Shown one piece after another: positions 1-13,561 of a DNA stretch of 64,000 nucleotides. The notes under the pieces are model-generated. The model was given only the letters and a program-made list of their open reading frames with translations, searched no databases and was not told the origin of the DNA. The translations under genes were made by a program, and so were the position numbers. Position 1 is the stretch's first letter. Every line of letters begins with the position of its first letter. Source of the stretch: Eledone cirrhosa (taxonomy: Eukaryota); the NCBI GenBank assembly GCA_964016885.1, contig OZ024744.1, positions 69,006,001 to 69,070,000 of the forward strand, in the 5' to 3' direction.

Positions 1-164
1 GACAACAACACATATGTATAACAACGAGGAGGGCAATATATGGCTAACAATAACAAATTGTTGCATCAGAACACACATCGCAGGAAAAGAGATAAGATAA
101 TCAGTCGTCTCTATGTATGGCGTTGTAACTCCAGGTATAAATGGAGTTTATTTCTTTCCGAGAA

Positions 165-631
165 AGAGAGAGAGAGGCGGGGTATGGTGATAGTGGGAGG
201 GGGAGGGGAGATTGACAGTGACAGAGGGAAGGGTGAGAGAGAGAGTGATGGTGAGAGAGACACGGTGAGAGAGGGAGGTGTGAGAGAGAGACACGGTGAG
301 AGGGGGAGGGGTGAGAGAGAGACGGTAACAGAGAGAGGGGTGAGAGAGTGATGGTGAGAGAGGAAGGCGTGAGAGAGAGAGGGTGAGAGAGAGAGAGGTG
401 GTAGAGAGACGGTGAGACAGAGAGGGTGAGAGAGATGGGTGAGAGAGGTGGTAGAGAGACGGTGAGATAGATGGGTGAGAGAGAGAGAGTGAGAGAGAGG
501 GGTGAGAGAGAGGGGTGAGAGAGAGAGAGACAGTGAGATAGTGGGGTGAGAGAGATGGTGAAAAAGAGAGGGGTGAGAGAGAGACGGTGAGAGAGAGGGG
601 GGTGAGAAAGAGAGAGACGGTGAGAGAGAGA

Positions 632-676
<45 letters not shown>

Positions 677-775
677 GAGAAAGATAGAGACGGTATGTGA
701 GAGAGAAAGAGAGAAAGAGACGGTGTGTGTGTGAGAGAGAGGTGGCGACAGAGAGAACCTAAGAAAGAGATATAG
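165..775. repeat. GA-rich degenerate microsatellite/minisatellite ((GA)n with GGT interruptions)
   Basis: Direct reading; explains the S/L-rich and E/R-rich pseudo-ORFs here. Confidence 0.9.
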
Positions 776-1056
776 AGACAGTATATAACCCTGTATTTCT
801 CCACCTCAGAAAAAAGAGTTGAGCTCGGCGGGATTTGAACTCTGAGCACAGAGAGAGCCGGAATAAATGCGACAAAGCTACCTAGGTGTCCATATAACAA
901 ACATAATAAAGGATGCTACCTAATTTTCGCAGGATCAAGACGCCTTGTATTTTTCTATTTGATTCGTGTTGCATCTCAGCATAAACAATAACAACATTAT
1001 GTATATATGTATGCACGTATAAATACCATTTCACATATATAAATAGCCGTTTCTAC

Positions 1057-1278
<222 letters not shown>

Positions 1279-1482
1279 TTGGTAAACGGAATAGAAAATG
1301 CTGACAAATTGTTCACAGTGAAAAATAGTTTAATTAGGAATAAGTGAGAATTAGTAATAGTATTGGTTAGTATTCAGTTTTGGTTTTAAGTTTTACCGGT
1401 TGCGCATTTCTAATGCTTTTCAAAAATAATTTTGAGATAGAGCGTCCGTGATGTTTGCTCTGATCTGATTAGTTTTGGGAAT
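1279..1482 (+). repeat. ~200 bp interspersed repeat; inverted near-identical copy at ~18195-18392
   Basis: tggtaaacggaatagaaaatgctgac...ttttgggaat is the reverse complement of 18195-18392; both abut (TA)n, as the PLE termini in this window do. Confidence 0.75.
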
Positions 1483-2140
1483 TCTACCTGTTTTTATGTT
1501 AAAAAAGTGGCTCCAGCGGTATTAAAATAAGTTTTGCGCCAATTCGTGTTGCAAAAATTCTTGTGGTCAAAACAATTTTGATTGGTCGGTAGAGGTCATG
1601 TGAATGTAAAAAATTGATTTTGCGCCAAATGTAGGTTTGTGTCGGCTGACTGAGGAATAAGTCTTTCACAACAAATATGTGTGTGTGTGTGTAGTAGTAA
1701 AGAGGTTCGTTGTTGTGATAATGGTCAGCAGGGATGTGTGTGCGAACCGCAGCCTGTTGACAGTTCAAATGCCTATTAAGACAAGTGTGTGTGTGTAGCA
1801 GAGTAATTCGTGGTAGAGGGATGGTCAGTAGGAATGTGTCTGTAAGTGTGTGGGGGATATTTTAACATGTTAAAAGATATTTTTCAGCTCTTGTCTTATA
1901 CGGAGAAGTGTGTGTGTATATGTCTCTTTGTATGCTAATGCATGTGTGTGTGTATATATGTGTGTGTGTGAGAATGTGTGTGGGTGGACCAGTATTTTTT
2001 TCTGGTAAAATGGTGTACATTATTCGATATTTTCAGTAAAATCGATTCTTTCAATAGAACATCAAAAACCTTAATAATAAAAGGTGTGAAATGATATATA
2101 GTATTGGCATAATACCAAGGTGTGTGTGAGTGTGTGTGTG

Positions 2141-2364
2141 TGTGTCCAGATTGTATGTACTGCAAGGGGGATCCATTAGGCCTTGCCGTATTGGAATACC
2201 TGTGCACAAATTGTATACTTGTGCACAAATTGTACACATGTATCTGGAGTGTGTCCAGAAATTGTATACCTGTGTACAAATATGTATCTGGAGTGTGTCC
2301 AGATTGTACGTACTGCAAGGGCAATTCATTAGGTTTTGCCGTATTGGAATACCTGTGCACAAAT
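2141..2364 (+). repeat. Local tandem duplication (~70 bp unit at 2141-2211 and 2294-2364) in a CA/GT-rich repeat
   Basis: tgtgtccagattgta..gtactgcaagg...ttggaatacctgtgcacaaat occurs twice. Confidence 0.75.
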
Positions 2365-2635
2365 ATGTATGTGCCCATCAGTGTGCAATGCATGTGTGCG
2401 TTTATATATGTGTGTGTGTCGGCACGTTTATATCTATAGACATCAAAAGGTATGCAAATTTGTGTATATTTGTGTTGCACCATAGAACATGTGTGTTTAC
2501 GTGTGTCATTGTGTTTATATGTGGGTAGAGATGTGTGCTGATGTAGGTATGTATGTTGACGTGTGTATGTTGTGGGTTCGTCTTAGGGAGTTGTATTGAT
2601 GAACATTACACTCTGGTATTTATTGCTATCATACC

Positions 2636-3478
2636 ATGATTGCTATCATACTGATTGCGGATTTGGTACGGGTGATGAGAAATGTGTCCCGCATGTGCAA
2701 CCCCGAAGAACTAGAGAGACACATACAACACTTCATCCACCGTATGCAGTTCTCTGGCTACAATCAGAGAGATAGAATCAGAGTGTATAAAGGAGCCAGA
2801 ACCAAATGGGAAAAAATGGTAAATAATGACATAAATGGGACCTGCCCCTTGTATAGGAGCAAATTTTGGAATAGAATAGAAAGAACTAAGAACAAGGCCA
2901 ATAGAATAAACTCATGGTATGATAGCAATAAATACCAGAGTGTAATGTTCATCAATACAACCCCTAGAGGCGAACTAGCCTACAAATTTAGAAGGGCCCT
3001 AAAGAAACATAATCTCAATATTAAGATAGTAGAAAGACCTGGTACCTCCGTAAAAACACTTATTAGCAAGACATACCCGTTCCAAAGACCCTCATGTATA
3101 GATAAGAAATGTATAACCTGTAAAATAAGCCCCCATATTAACTGTAAAACTAGAAATGTAGTATATAGCATAAGATGTACTGAAGGACAATGTAGAAACA
3201 AAAATATAGTGTACATAGGTGAGACAGCTCGTAGTATAGGGGAACGAATAAATGAACACTGGCGAGACCTCCAAGATAGTAAAGAATCATCTGTGCTCTA
3301 CCAACATGCTAAGATAGAACACAGGGGTAAATTAGAGAGCATAGAAATAAAAATAGAATCCACACACAAGAAAGACGCAATGTTTAGGCAAATTACAGAG
3401 GCAGTAAGCATAAAAGAATTAAAACCAAAATTAAATAGAAAATATGAGTGGAACAGCAACATCACAACTTACAATTAA
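2636..3478 (+). pseudogene. Penelope-like element, 5'-truncated: RT thumb + GIY-YIG endonuclease
   Basis: CxxxxCxxC linker, NVVYSIRC...YIGETARS, H..EH, terminal 'ITEAVSIKELKPKLN'; clearly homologous to the copy at 52100-52920. Confidence 0.9.
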
Positions 3479-3775
3479 GGACAAAATGAAAACACACACA
3501 CACATAGAACAAACAACTTACAATTGAAAACACACACAAAATGAAAACACACACAAGACAAAATGAAAACACACACACACATAGAACAAACAACCAACCA
3601 ACAATAAATAAATAAATAAACAAACAAATATAAATAGAAAAATAGAAAAATGAACACAAACACACACAGACACCCGGATGTGGCGCATGCGCAAACTGAG
3701 CACGCAACCCACACACAAACAAAATGGCGTAGGATAGAAGAAAGGAAAGGCACAGAAACGAAGAAAGAAATCCCC

Positions 3776-3820
3776 AGTCACTGAAGAGGTCACAGAGTGT
3801 GTGACGAAAGAACTATGACT
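3776..3820 (+). ncRNA. Minimal type I hammerhead ribozyme in the PLE 3' pseudo-LTR
   Basis: Stem I agtca/tgact; CTGAAGA; stem II gtcaca/tgtgac; GAAAG-aa-CTA with a tiny stem III. Confidence 0.75.
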
Positions 3821-4035
3821 ATATATATATAAACAACTATCTGGTTGTGGAACCAACCAACCAACCAGAAATTTATAAATTTGTAAATTTATAAATATAT
3901 AATAAATTAAATTGAAGTGAAAGCAACTGGTGCGTGCGTTTCATATTGGCAACATGACCCTCCCAAAGTATAACAATATCGGTTTCAACACACGATTTCA
4001 GATAAAAAATCTTGCTAAACAAATTCAGAAACGAA

Positions 4036-4099
<64 letters not shown>

Positions 4100-4232
4100 A
4101 TATATAGTCTGAAACTAAAAACCATATCATTTGTACTGCCTCTCTGTTTTCTGTTCATATGATAAACTACATATATATATATGATAATGTTAAATATACA
4201 CCAACACATGTATATACACATAAACACACATA

Positions 4233-4308
<76 letters not shown>

Positions 4309-4497
4309 CATATACACACATACATATATATACACACATATAAACATATATATATATATACACATATATACACACATATACGTACATATATACATATATA
4401 TATATATATACATATATATATACATATACACATATAAACACATATATACACATATATACACAAATACACCCATATATAAATTACAACACATACGCAC

Positions 4498-4535
<38 letters not shown>

Positions 4536-4625
4536 GTGTGTATGTCTTTTAATTTATATATGGATGTATATAAATTAAAACACATTCACATACAAATATA
4601 TATATATGTATATATATATATAGTC

Positions 4626-5764
4626 ATTTCTTTAAGTCGTTTGGAAGCCTCGACAATGCAGATGGGTAAATCTCCGGGTAACAAGATCCGGTGGTGGAGA
4701 GGGAGATGTAAGTGGGTGTACGTTGAGATAAGTGGCGTGTATAAGAATGTAACGTATAGAGGAATGAAGGAAAGAGCGTAAAGGATAAAAATAAAAATAA
4801 CAACATGAGAAGGGGTTACCTTTGGAGAGATTTAATTGTCCCTATATATTTCGGATTCACATCAATCAACTGGGGTTTTTCCGGGGGGGGGGGTCTGTCG
4901 GAAAGGTGCGAAACGTGTCCTCCGCTGTTCGTTGTTTTGAATATCTGAGGTATTCAGCAGAGCGCGCGGGCGCGTGAAATGGAGTCGGTCAGGCAGAGGT
5001 CAGCGGCCGAAGTAGTTCTTTCAATTGTGGGAGTGGGGTGGCGCTAGCTGTCAGTCCAGTCTCTGCCTGTTTGGTGAATGATACTGTGTGTGTGTATGCG
5101 TGTGTTGTTGTCTCGCTTGATTGTGTGTGTGTGTGTGTGTGTGCGTGTGTTGTTGCCTTGTTCCTCTGTATTGGCAGTGTAGTATGTTCGTATGGTGGAA
5201 TGCTACTGTGTGTGTGTGTGCTTGTGTTGCTGTCTCGCTTCTGTGTGTGCGTGTGTTGCTGCATCGTTTGTTAACTTAAACCAACCACCTCATTTCGCTT
5301 CTCTCGGATCGGTTGTTTAATTGTGGCACTAGGCGTTTGATCCAAAGTGCTTCCTTGATACGTAACGTACCGACGTTTCTTTCTGTCGCTAGAATTGTGA
5401 CAATGGGCCTTCCGTCTTTGTTTCCGCATTTGGCTATGTATTTCCGGAAAGACGAGGCCCTGGTTTTAGTGTGTTCCTTGATCCGGATGTGCAACGGTCG
5501 AATTGTGCTACCTATATAGTATTTGTTGCACTTGTTATTCTATCTCATACACGACGTATGTGCTTAGGCAACAGTTCGTATGGCGCATCGGGCAGTCTCT
5601 GAGGGAGCACGCGTCAGTTGATTTCCCGGGTTTCCTGGAGAGTCATCTTCGCAGAGAGGAGCCCGAGTGGGCCAGGTGGATGTCGAGGCCCTATCTCTCC
5701 GGATCTTGTTACCCGGAGATTTACCCATCTGCATTGTCGAGGCTTCCAAACGACTTAAAGAAAT
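4626..5764 (-). mobile_element. PLE fragment (GIY-YIG C-terminus at 5276-5560) bracketed by a 66 bp inverted repeat (4626-4691 / 5699-5764)
   Basis: Minus-strand YIGSTIRPLHIRIKEH...IKEALWIKRLVPQLN; inverted arms read directly. Confidence 0.75.
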
Positions 5765-5808
5765 TTACCTTATTATTCCACAATGCTTCAAGCACACTTC
5801 AATACTCT

Positions 5809-5864
<56 letters not shown>

Positions 5865-5899
5865 AACAAATAAAAATATATAAACACTTACATACACAC

Positions 5900-5938
<39 letters not shown>

Positions 5939-6252
5939 TACATACATATACACACATAACATATATATATATACATATTCATATATATATACATACATAT
6001 ATACATACATACATACGCACATAATACATATAAACATATATATAAAAATATACGCAAACATATATATATATACACACACACATATATACAGTATTAAGAT
6101 GAAGTACGTTCTACATACGGAAAGAGAAGATAGGTAAGAAGTACTTACATGACCATAGTACCATGTTTCGGATCGAGAGGGGGCAGGGGTAGGGTGTGGA
6201 GGTGGTGGAGGGGTATTTTGTCGAGTGGGGTTTTAAAAAAAGGGAATCTTTT

Positions 6253-7400
6253 TTAGCCATCTGGCATTAACACTGGCTTAAGGTATTTGAAAGTTGCCAA
6301 GTTTTTGTGATTGCAATTCGGGCAGTGTTCAGAGAGTTTGTTCAGTAGCGAGCCCTTGGCAAATAATATTTCGTAGCTCTCTGAAATACAAAGGTCGCAG
6401 CATTTGTGTCTTCCCTTGTATGAGCGCGCTTTCTGGAATATTTTAAGCGCGAAGGGGAGGGTCCTTTTGAGGTCCCAGACATAGGAGGCGAGTGTTGTCT
6501 GATTTGATTTTTCCGGTCTTCTGAAAGAGAAGGTATGGGCATACCACCGGGTCTTAAAATTATTGGAAGTCATGCCGATGTAAGTCTTTTTGTTCTTGCT
6601 ATCATCAGTGCCTGAGATGACATCACATTTGTATACGATGTCATTTGTCAGGCATTTGTTTTCAAGTGGGCAGACTTTCTTATTTTGGCAGTTGCACAAG
6701 GCCTCAGTCCGGGGATTGGGTTCGGAGGTAGTTGGCTTATTTATTTTTTTAGAATTGAGATTGGCTATATTCTTAGCTAGGTTAGGTGTAGTGGAGTAGG
6801 AGAGTCTCATTGTGTTCTTATTGAAGATGGTGTAGTACCTATGTTGTATGTGGAAGTGTGTGTTCAGCAAAGTGAAGAAAGTCCTAGCTATAGGTGTAGA
6901 GACCTCTCTATTGAAAGGGGAGTTGTACCAACTGATCTGCCGATGCCTATTCCTCCTAGGTAGACTTGCGGTGGTTTCTAGGAAAGTTATCTTTTCTTTA
7001 AATCTGCTGCGGGCGAGGGCGTCATTGTAGTAGGAGGCGGAGGCGTTAAATATATTTTCATTGGCCGAGAGGCCAGAGATTCTAATTGAGACGCTTTTTA
7101 CTAAGTTATCAGTGATGTTTAGGGGGTGGGTAGAATTAACATTAATATCTCTAAGGGACTCGTTAGGTTTGTGGTACGGGTAATAGAGGGAAGTATCTAG
7201 GTCGAGGGTGACATCTAAAAAGTTGGCCCTAGTCATATTAGATTCTATGGTTATACTAAATCCTCGATTACGGAAGAACGAGCTTAAGTTTCTACGAAAC
7301 CCATCAGTGGTTCTGCGGTTAACCTTGTGCAGGGCGAAGAAGCCATCGTCTCGGTATAAACCTCCGGTGAGGCCAGTAAAGAGGTTCTTCAGGTGATCTA
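6253..7400 (-). pseudogene. Penelope-like element (Penelope/Poseidon type): RT C-terminal part + GIY-YIG
   Basis: GGLYRDDGF near 7345-7368 (-), NFLDVTL, YHKP, CNC..CPL..C, IVYKC...TYIGMT, CDLCISE. Confidence 0.92.
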
Positions 7401-7820
7401 AAATGTTAAGAGGTGATGTAAAATATTAAGAGAAACTTCACAATAAGGGGAATCAACCCAACACTTGAATCTGTTGATGGAACCCTCTCTCTACCTTTGT
7501 CACCCTTATTCCAGTCTTAAAGAATTAGCTTCTAAAGAATTTCCCTTTTCTTTAAACCATTAAACCCCACCCATCCTTTAGACACCTGTCTTACAGGCAT
7601 TGTTAGTCTAAGTGATAAACTACGATTGGTATTCCAAATAAAATTTCGTTTACAGTGTTCTTCCTGCCTTGTTAATACTATAGCTTCAAAGAATTAGCTT
7701 TTAATGAACTCCCTTTTCTTTAAATCCTTCAACCAATGACCTCCACCCATCCCAATCCCCACCCTCTCCTACCACCAGAAAAGAAAAGATATAAATACCA
7801 CCACTTACTTGGACAGAGCC

Positions 7821-7871
7821 AGCTCCCTGATGATTTCTCACGAATGAAACAGTTCTAGACCTGTAGAAGCT
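7821..7871 (+). ncRNA. Type I hammerhead ribozyme, antisense to the adjacent PLE ORF (inverted pLTR)
   Basis: agctcc-CTGATGA-tttc..gaat-GAAAC-ag..ct-GTA-gaagct; related copy at 37977-38021 (-). Confidence 0.75.
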
Positions 7872-7948
7872 CTTATATATTAAAACTTTTATACTCTGCT
7901 ATGTATTGAGTAGCTTACTTACTATGGTTTCCTCCGATTCAACCCGGA

Positions 7949-8042
<94 letters not shown>

Positions 8043-8043
8043 A

Positions 8044-9043
8044 TATATATAGGTTTACATATACATAAACTAGACAGAGCCATAGGTATATATATATGTG
8101 TGTGTGTGTTTTTTTGGCAACTATTCACGGTGTGGCTCAATGACGATTAATTAATTAAATAATCAACAATCAGAGCAATATATAGGAAAGTAAGTCCATA
8201 GAATCATTTGATAAATATATATACACTATTTCTCCTCCCAATCAGCATAATTAACCACACAAAAAATCAATTAAACGAGGCTATAAGTTTAAAATGTATC
8301 TATGAAGAAACAATAGATAAATAAATGATAGCTATTTTATGCGCGATCAACAGCCACAGAACATTTACCTAGTATTTCTAATAGCACGTGGAAACCGGTT
8401 AAATATATTGTTAGCCATACACAATTAGGTATAAAATCAAAGCTAGAAGAAAAAATGTACATAAACATACCAAAATTATGTTTCTACCCCAAGAGGTTTC
8501 ATTCGCTTTTTGGAAATATCCGATCATGGATAAATTCTCGAGTTTAGAAATCATCAGGAAACAAACTCAATTGGACAAAGATTTTTCTTAAATGATCCCC
8601 GCCAGAAACGAATTCAAAATGGTTAAGAATTGTCACATGGCCAGTGGTCAAGTCAGAAAGCTTGTGATTGGTGTCTGACGGCGAGTAGGCTGGTTGCTAG
8701 AAAGCGCAGCCGAATACTGCCTAAATTTTTACTCAACCATACGGGAGTATATAAAATATATAGGTTTACATATACATAAACTATACAGAGCCATATGTAT
8801 ATATATATATATATATGTGTGTTTTGGGCAACGGTGTGGATCAATGATGAATTAATTAATTAAATAATCAACAATCAGAGCAATATATAAGAAAGTAAGT
8901 CCATAGAATCATTTGATAGCGGATAAAATAGCTATCATTTATTTATCTATTGTTTCTTAATTGATTTTTTGTGTGGTTAATTATGGTGATTGGGAGGAGA
9001 AATACTGTATATATTTTATCAAATGATTCTATGGACTTACTTT

Positions 9044-9048
<5 letters not shown>
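8044..9048 (-). mobile_element. Non-coding PLE pseudo-LTR-like unit with partial tandem (8755-8917) and inverted (8918-9048) duplications; family copies at ~12950-13536, ~16170-16625, ~18485-18930
   Basis: Shared blocks (gtggctcaatgac/ga..aattaattaaataatcaacaatcagagcaatata) and a shared HHR; bounded by (TA)n. Confidence 0.75.
8480..8562 (-). ncRNA. Type I hammerhead ribozyme with extended stem II
   Basis: Reverse complement: gtttc-CTGATGA-tttc...~50 nt...gaat-GAAAC-ctcttggg-GTA-gaaac. Confidence 0.75.
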
Positions 9049-9097
<49 letters not shown>

Positions 9098-9414
9098 ATT
9101 ATAGAAGTGTTTAGGAAGTTGTTTAAATACGCACCGATTGCCAAACACACTCTTATAGTTTCAGGAACACACATACACTGAAACGTACTTACTGCTAAGT
9201 ATATATAGACACACAAAGTAAGACTTGTATGTCTGTATATATGAATCTATAGACCTCTAAACGAATATACCTCCACACATGGCTTACAAAGGTAATCTCG
9301 CTTGATTTCTTTGGAAATCTGGTAAAAACAGCTTATAGACGATTTTCTACCCTATTTGTACTAACTGACTGTATTTATAGTTATTTCCTACGTCTGAGCA
9401 TACTAAATTATTTA

Positions 9415-9575
9415 GAGAGTCGCCATGCCTTCCAGCATAGCTACGTCCCTTTACGGTCTGAATTCAAATCCCGCCGAGGTTAACTTTGCCTTTCATCATT
9501 ACAGGGTCGATAAAATAAAGTACCAGTAATGTACTGGAGAATTGCTGGCCTTTTGCCAAAAGTAGAAACAATTAT
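9415..9575 (+). mobile_element. tRNA-derived SINE (5'-decayed)
   Basis: B-box-like gaattcaaatccc, core gcctttcatc..ggtcgataaaataaagtacc, tail ggccttttgccaaaagtagaaacaattatt. Confidence 0.85.
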
Positions 9576-9894
9576 TAATCTCTCAGCACTTTCGAAATTC
9601 CGAACTTTCCTTACGGCATTTGTTTACATTTTCAAAGCTATTTGATTCAACTTTCTAATTCAGATGGGAATTATTGTCAGAGGTCCCTTACCTCAAACGC
9701 TAAAGCATTCAGACGATATCAGAGAAATAAGGGAGTCTATTCCTCATAGCGATCGATCGATGGCATTTGCAGCATTTGCAGTTATTTTCTGCATTTTAGC
9801 AGACTACATTATTTATGAACATCCTAATCTTTCACAGTTTGAACGTTGCATACGATGTTTATATACATACATGCACACATATATATAAATACAT

Positions 9895-9932
9895 GTCTTA
9901 ACGTTTCTGACACTAGTCCTTCATCAGAAGAA
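9895..9932 (-). ncRNA. Minimal hammerhead ribozyme (family also at 15350-15387 +, degenerate, and 34853-34890 +)
   Basis: Reverse complement: ctt-CTGATGA-aggactagtgtca-GAAACGTT-aag; palindromic AACGTT stem III. Confidence 0.65.
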
Positions 9933-10129
9933 GGAATGAGATATTAGATAGATTAAAGGGACGGGCGGGATGGAATTGGAAAAAATGTCTTAAGATAAAA
10001 ATAACAGGCCCATTCATGTTGACATCTCTTGGATTATATATATACATACATGGTGGCTGCCAACTAGTTTTCGAGTACAGCCACTACTTTATATCCATGT
10101 AGGAGAACCCCTACCGATGCACTGAACGA

Positions 10130-10645
10130 GTGTGACTTTTTAGTCCAGCCAGCGACTTGAAAACTCTGGTACAAACACTACACTTGTGACAATTATTGAC
10201 ACATAGTGCTAGGCCCATGGTACCATGTGACGACAAGTGCAGAGAGATCTCCAGATATAAAGCAATGCCTGTGCCGTGAAGCTTTTATAGTGAGCAAAGG
10301 CACTGCACAAAGCCAGTCCCACTCTCTTAACCAAGATGATATTTACCAAAAAGAAGAACAAGTCAACATCATTGGATACCATCAGGGTTGCAGGTGTTAT
10401 ATCAGAGTTTTCCTTCTCCTAGAATTCTGCCTTGACAAAGGCTAAGGGGTCATCTCTCCCGATGATTTTGGAGGGCCATTGACTCTTAGGAGCTCCTTGA
10501 CAGGTTTTGTTTTTAGTCCTGCAGGATGTCCACCCTCCTCACCAAGAAACCTTGGTGGGGTTGCCAGTTTAGTCGCCAACGACCCGACCATGAGACAGAT
10601 TGTACTGGGATACATGTTACCAGTAGCACCAGCTGGTGACCTGAC
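10130..10645. mobile_element. Probable SINE/RTE-related interspersed repeat fragment followed by (CATA)n
   Basis: Higher-GC block with cagagttttccttctcctag and gttgccagtttagtcgccaac motifs resembling RTE-associated repeats; recognised from memory only. Confidence 0.35.
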
Positions 10646-11304
10646 ACATACATACATACATACATACATACATACATACATACATACATACATACATACA
10701 TACATACATACATACATACATACATACATGCGTTCAAACTGAGTCTCAAAATCATGTTCTTTGCAAAAGGTAACTTGGGAGAACGTCGGAGAGGGCCTTT
10801 CAGCGCCTCCGAGTGTCCTTACATGGGGAAATGTGGTCTTCATAAATGCATGATCACAATCTTGTCCATGCGTGTGCCTTGGAGAAGAACTTTGTAAGTA
10901 CTGATACTTAGACATGTGTAAGGCCGGAAATGTCATTATTGATATTTTACTGTCATGGGAAGAAGATAGAGCTTGATGTATTTATTAAATGCTATGCAGT
11001 AAAGTACCGTCGTTCGTTAAATGTAAACATCTGAAATTTCTATGAAGTTTTATGGAGTATGCTGTCTTATGTCTTTACCATTGGGAATACATTTCACGGG
11101 GAAAAGTTTGGTTGATAATCATTTAACTCTGCCTTATGAAATTCGTTGCTGTACCTTTTATCATATCGACATATCCCTGTAAGATATAGATATCTATTAA
11201 TACTAGTGTACTTTTGCCTCAAACTAATGGCAGAGTTGTTAGAACATTGGATAGAATGCTTGATAGTATTCTTTGCGGCTCTCTGCTCACTTTGTTTAAA
11301 TGCC

Positions 11305-11378
11305 ACCGAAGTCATCTTTGACTTTCATCCTTTCGTGGTCGATAAAAAAAAATGTACCGGTCAAGTACTGGGGTCGAT
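11305..11378 (+). mobile_element. SINE core fragment
   Basis: ccgaagtcatctttgactttcatcctttcgtggtcgataaaa..gtacc..actggggtcgat. Confidence 0.65.
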
Positions 11379-12101
11379 TCTTCCTCTATATCTTTTTCTC
11401 ATTTCCTTTCTCTCACTTTCTATCTTTCTCTGGATGTAATCTGCTGTACTCAGGCCTGGAAAGAGATGATCTCCACCAGGCTAAAAATGGCCAAGAAACG
11501 CCGTATGTCAATACGGCGCCACTGCGGCTCTACCAAGAGTTACGGGACCATATACACTATATTGTATAAAGGTCTAAACAATAGTTTATTGAGCACACGC
11601 CTATACTTCTGCTACAGGATACATTTCTTAATGTATTTTGAAATATATATTGATAGTATCGTATTGTGATGAAACGTGGAAATATCTATGAAATTTTATG
11701 GAATTTAGTATCTCATGGTGTGAGAGATATTGTGTTGGTTAGAAAGATGGATAGTTTTTGTGACAGGGTGTATATGTGTGAGGTAAGGTTAGCTAGCTTC
11801 ATACAGATGAAACTAACACTTACACTAGCTTCATACTAATGAAACTAACACTTACACATAACACCAATACCCCTTGGGCTTTTGACCGTGCCTATGTGCG
11901 TGTTATGTGCGTGCTTTCACACGTGTGATATGAAAGTATATTCATGTACACATCGTGTGTGTACGTGCCTGTCGTCTGTCTTTGTGTTTCTGTATGCTTG
12001 CTATTGTCTTAAGGAAAAAGGAGATTAGCTTCCGTTGTAATCTGCTATAGGTTTACACGTTTACACTTTTAGAAATAAGATATTTCCGCCGTCTGACAAT
12101 A

Positions 12102-12149
<48 letters not shown>

Positions 12150-12167
12150 TGTGTGTATGTGCGGGTT

Positions 12168-12268
<101 letters not shown>

Positions 12269-12610
12269 CGTAAACGGAAATAACAACTCAAACGGTACAG
12301 TATATGAAAGGAATATATTAGGTTAACGCTTGAAATAGCAGGAAGAGGGTTATAACGTTTCAGAAGGAAAAACGAGAAATTAGAAAGATTGAAGGGATAG
12401 GTAGGGCGGAATTGGAAAAATGTTTTTAGAGAAAAATAACAGGTCCATTCTTGCTGCCATCTCTTGGAAAACTGTTGATGCTGGCGTTTTGTCTATGATT
12501 TACTTTTTTAGAAAAGTGGATGATGGAGCGCGTCTATCTGAAAGGGAAGAAGCCGTTTAGTATAGAGCTATACGTATGAGCTCATTATATTACAGGGAAC
12601 ATTATATTAA

Positions 12611-12782
12611 GGGCGGAGGATTGGCAGTATCGGCATTTGACGCATAGAGTTACAGCCCTTTATGGTCTGAGTTCAAATTCCACCGAGGCTAACTCTGCCT
12701 TTCATCCTTACGGGGTCGATAAAATAAAGTACCAGTAATACACTGGGTTAATTGCTGGCCTTGTGCCAAAAGTAGAAACAAT
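12611..12782 (+). mobile_element. Full-length tRNA-derived SINE with 18 bp TSD (attatattacagggaaca at 12584-12601 and 12781-12798)
   Basis: A-box-like tggcagtatcgg, B-box gagttcaaattcc, conserved core and tail, TSD. Confidence 0.9.
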
Positions 12783-12827
12783 TATATTACAGGGAACAAC
12801 ATATGTCCTTTAGTACGTTGCTTCATT

Positions 12828-12866
<39 letters not shown>

Positions 12867-12871
12867 TTTAC

Positions 12872-12910
<39 letters not shown>

Positions 12911-12919
12911 AAGGTTTAC

Positions 12920-12952
<33 letters not shown>

Positions 12953-13291
12953 CTTTGCAACGGGTCACTTTGTGGCTCAATGAAGAGTTAATAAATTAAA
13001 TAATCAGAGTTATATATCATAAAACATGTCTATAGAATCACCAGATAAAATATATACCGTTTCCTCTCCCAACTAGCATAATTAACCATATAAAAAATCA
13101 ATTAGACCAAGCTATAAGAATAAAAGCTCCTATGAAGAAATCTCCGACAAATAACCGAAAGCAGCCCTTCGCGGCGGTTGCGACGGAGTATTTATCGAGT
13201 ATTTCGACAGCGTGTATAAATCGACCAGATATACAGTCAACTAAACAGAATTAGGTGTAAAATAAACTAGAAGGAAAGTGATAATATTTAG

Positions 13292-13372
13292 TAACCTCTA
13301 CCATGGTTTCGGCCGCATTTTAAGATATCCGATAACATTGGAAATCTAGAGCACCGGACTCTTCAGGAGTTA
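13292..13372 (-). ncRNA. Type I hammerhead with extended stem II, inside an inverted repeat (13011-13169 / 13378-13536)
   Basis: Reverse complement: taactc-CTGAAGA-gtccg...cggcc-GAAAC-catg-GTA-gaggtta. Confidence 0.75.
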
Positions 13373-13529
13373 GCTCAAAGGGCTGCTTTCGGTTATTTGT
13401 CGGAGATTTCTTCATAGGAGCTTTTATTCTTATAGCTTGGTCTAATTGATTTTTTATAAGGTTAATTATGCTAATTGGGAGAGGAAACGGTATATATTTT
13501 ATCTGGTGATTCTATAGACATGTTTTATG

Positions 13530-13559
<30 letters not shown>

Positions 13560-13561
<2 letters not shown>

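Noticed and set aside
9230-11670. Short unique-looking stretches with possible splice sites (9251-9292, 9664-9800, 11094-11180, 11450-11570) as host exons
   Set aside because: No consistent strand or frame, in-frame stops and no recognisable domain; needs RNA-seq or homology search.
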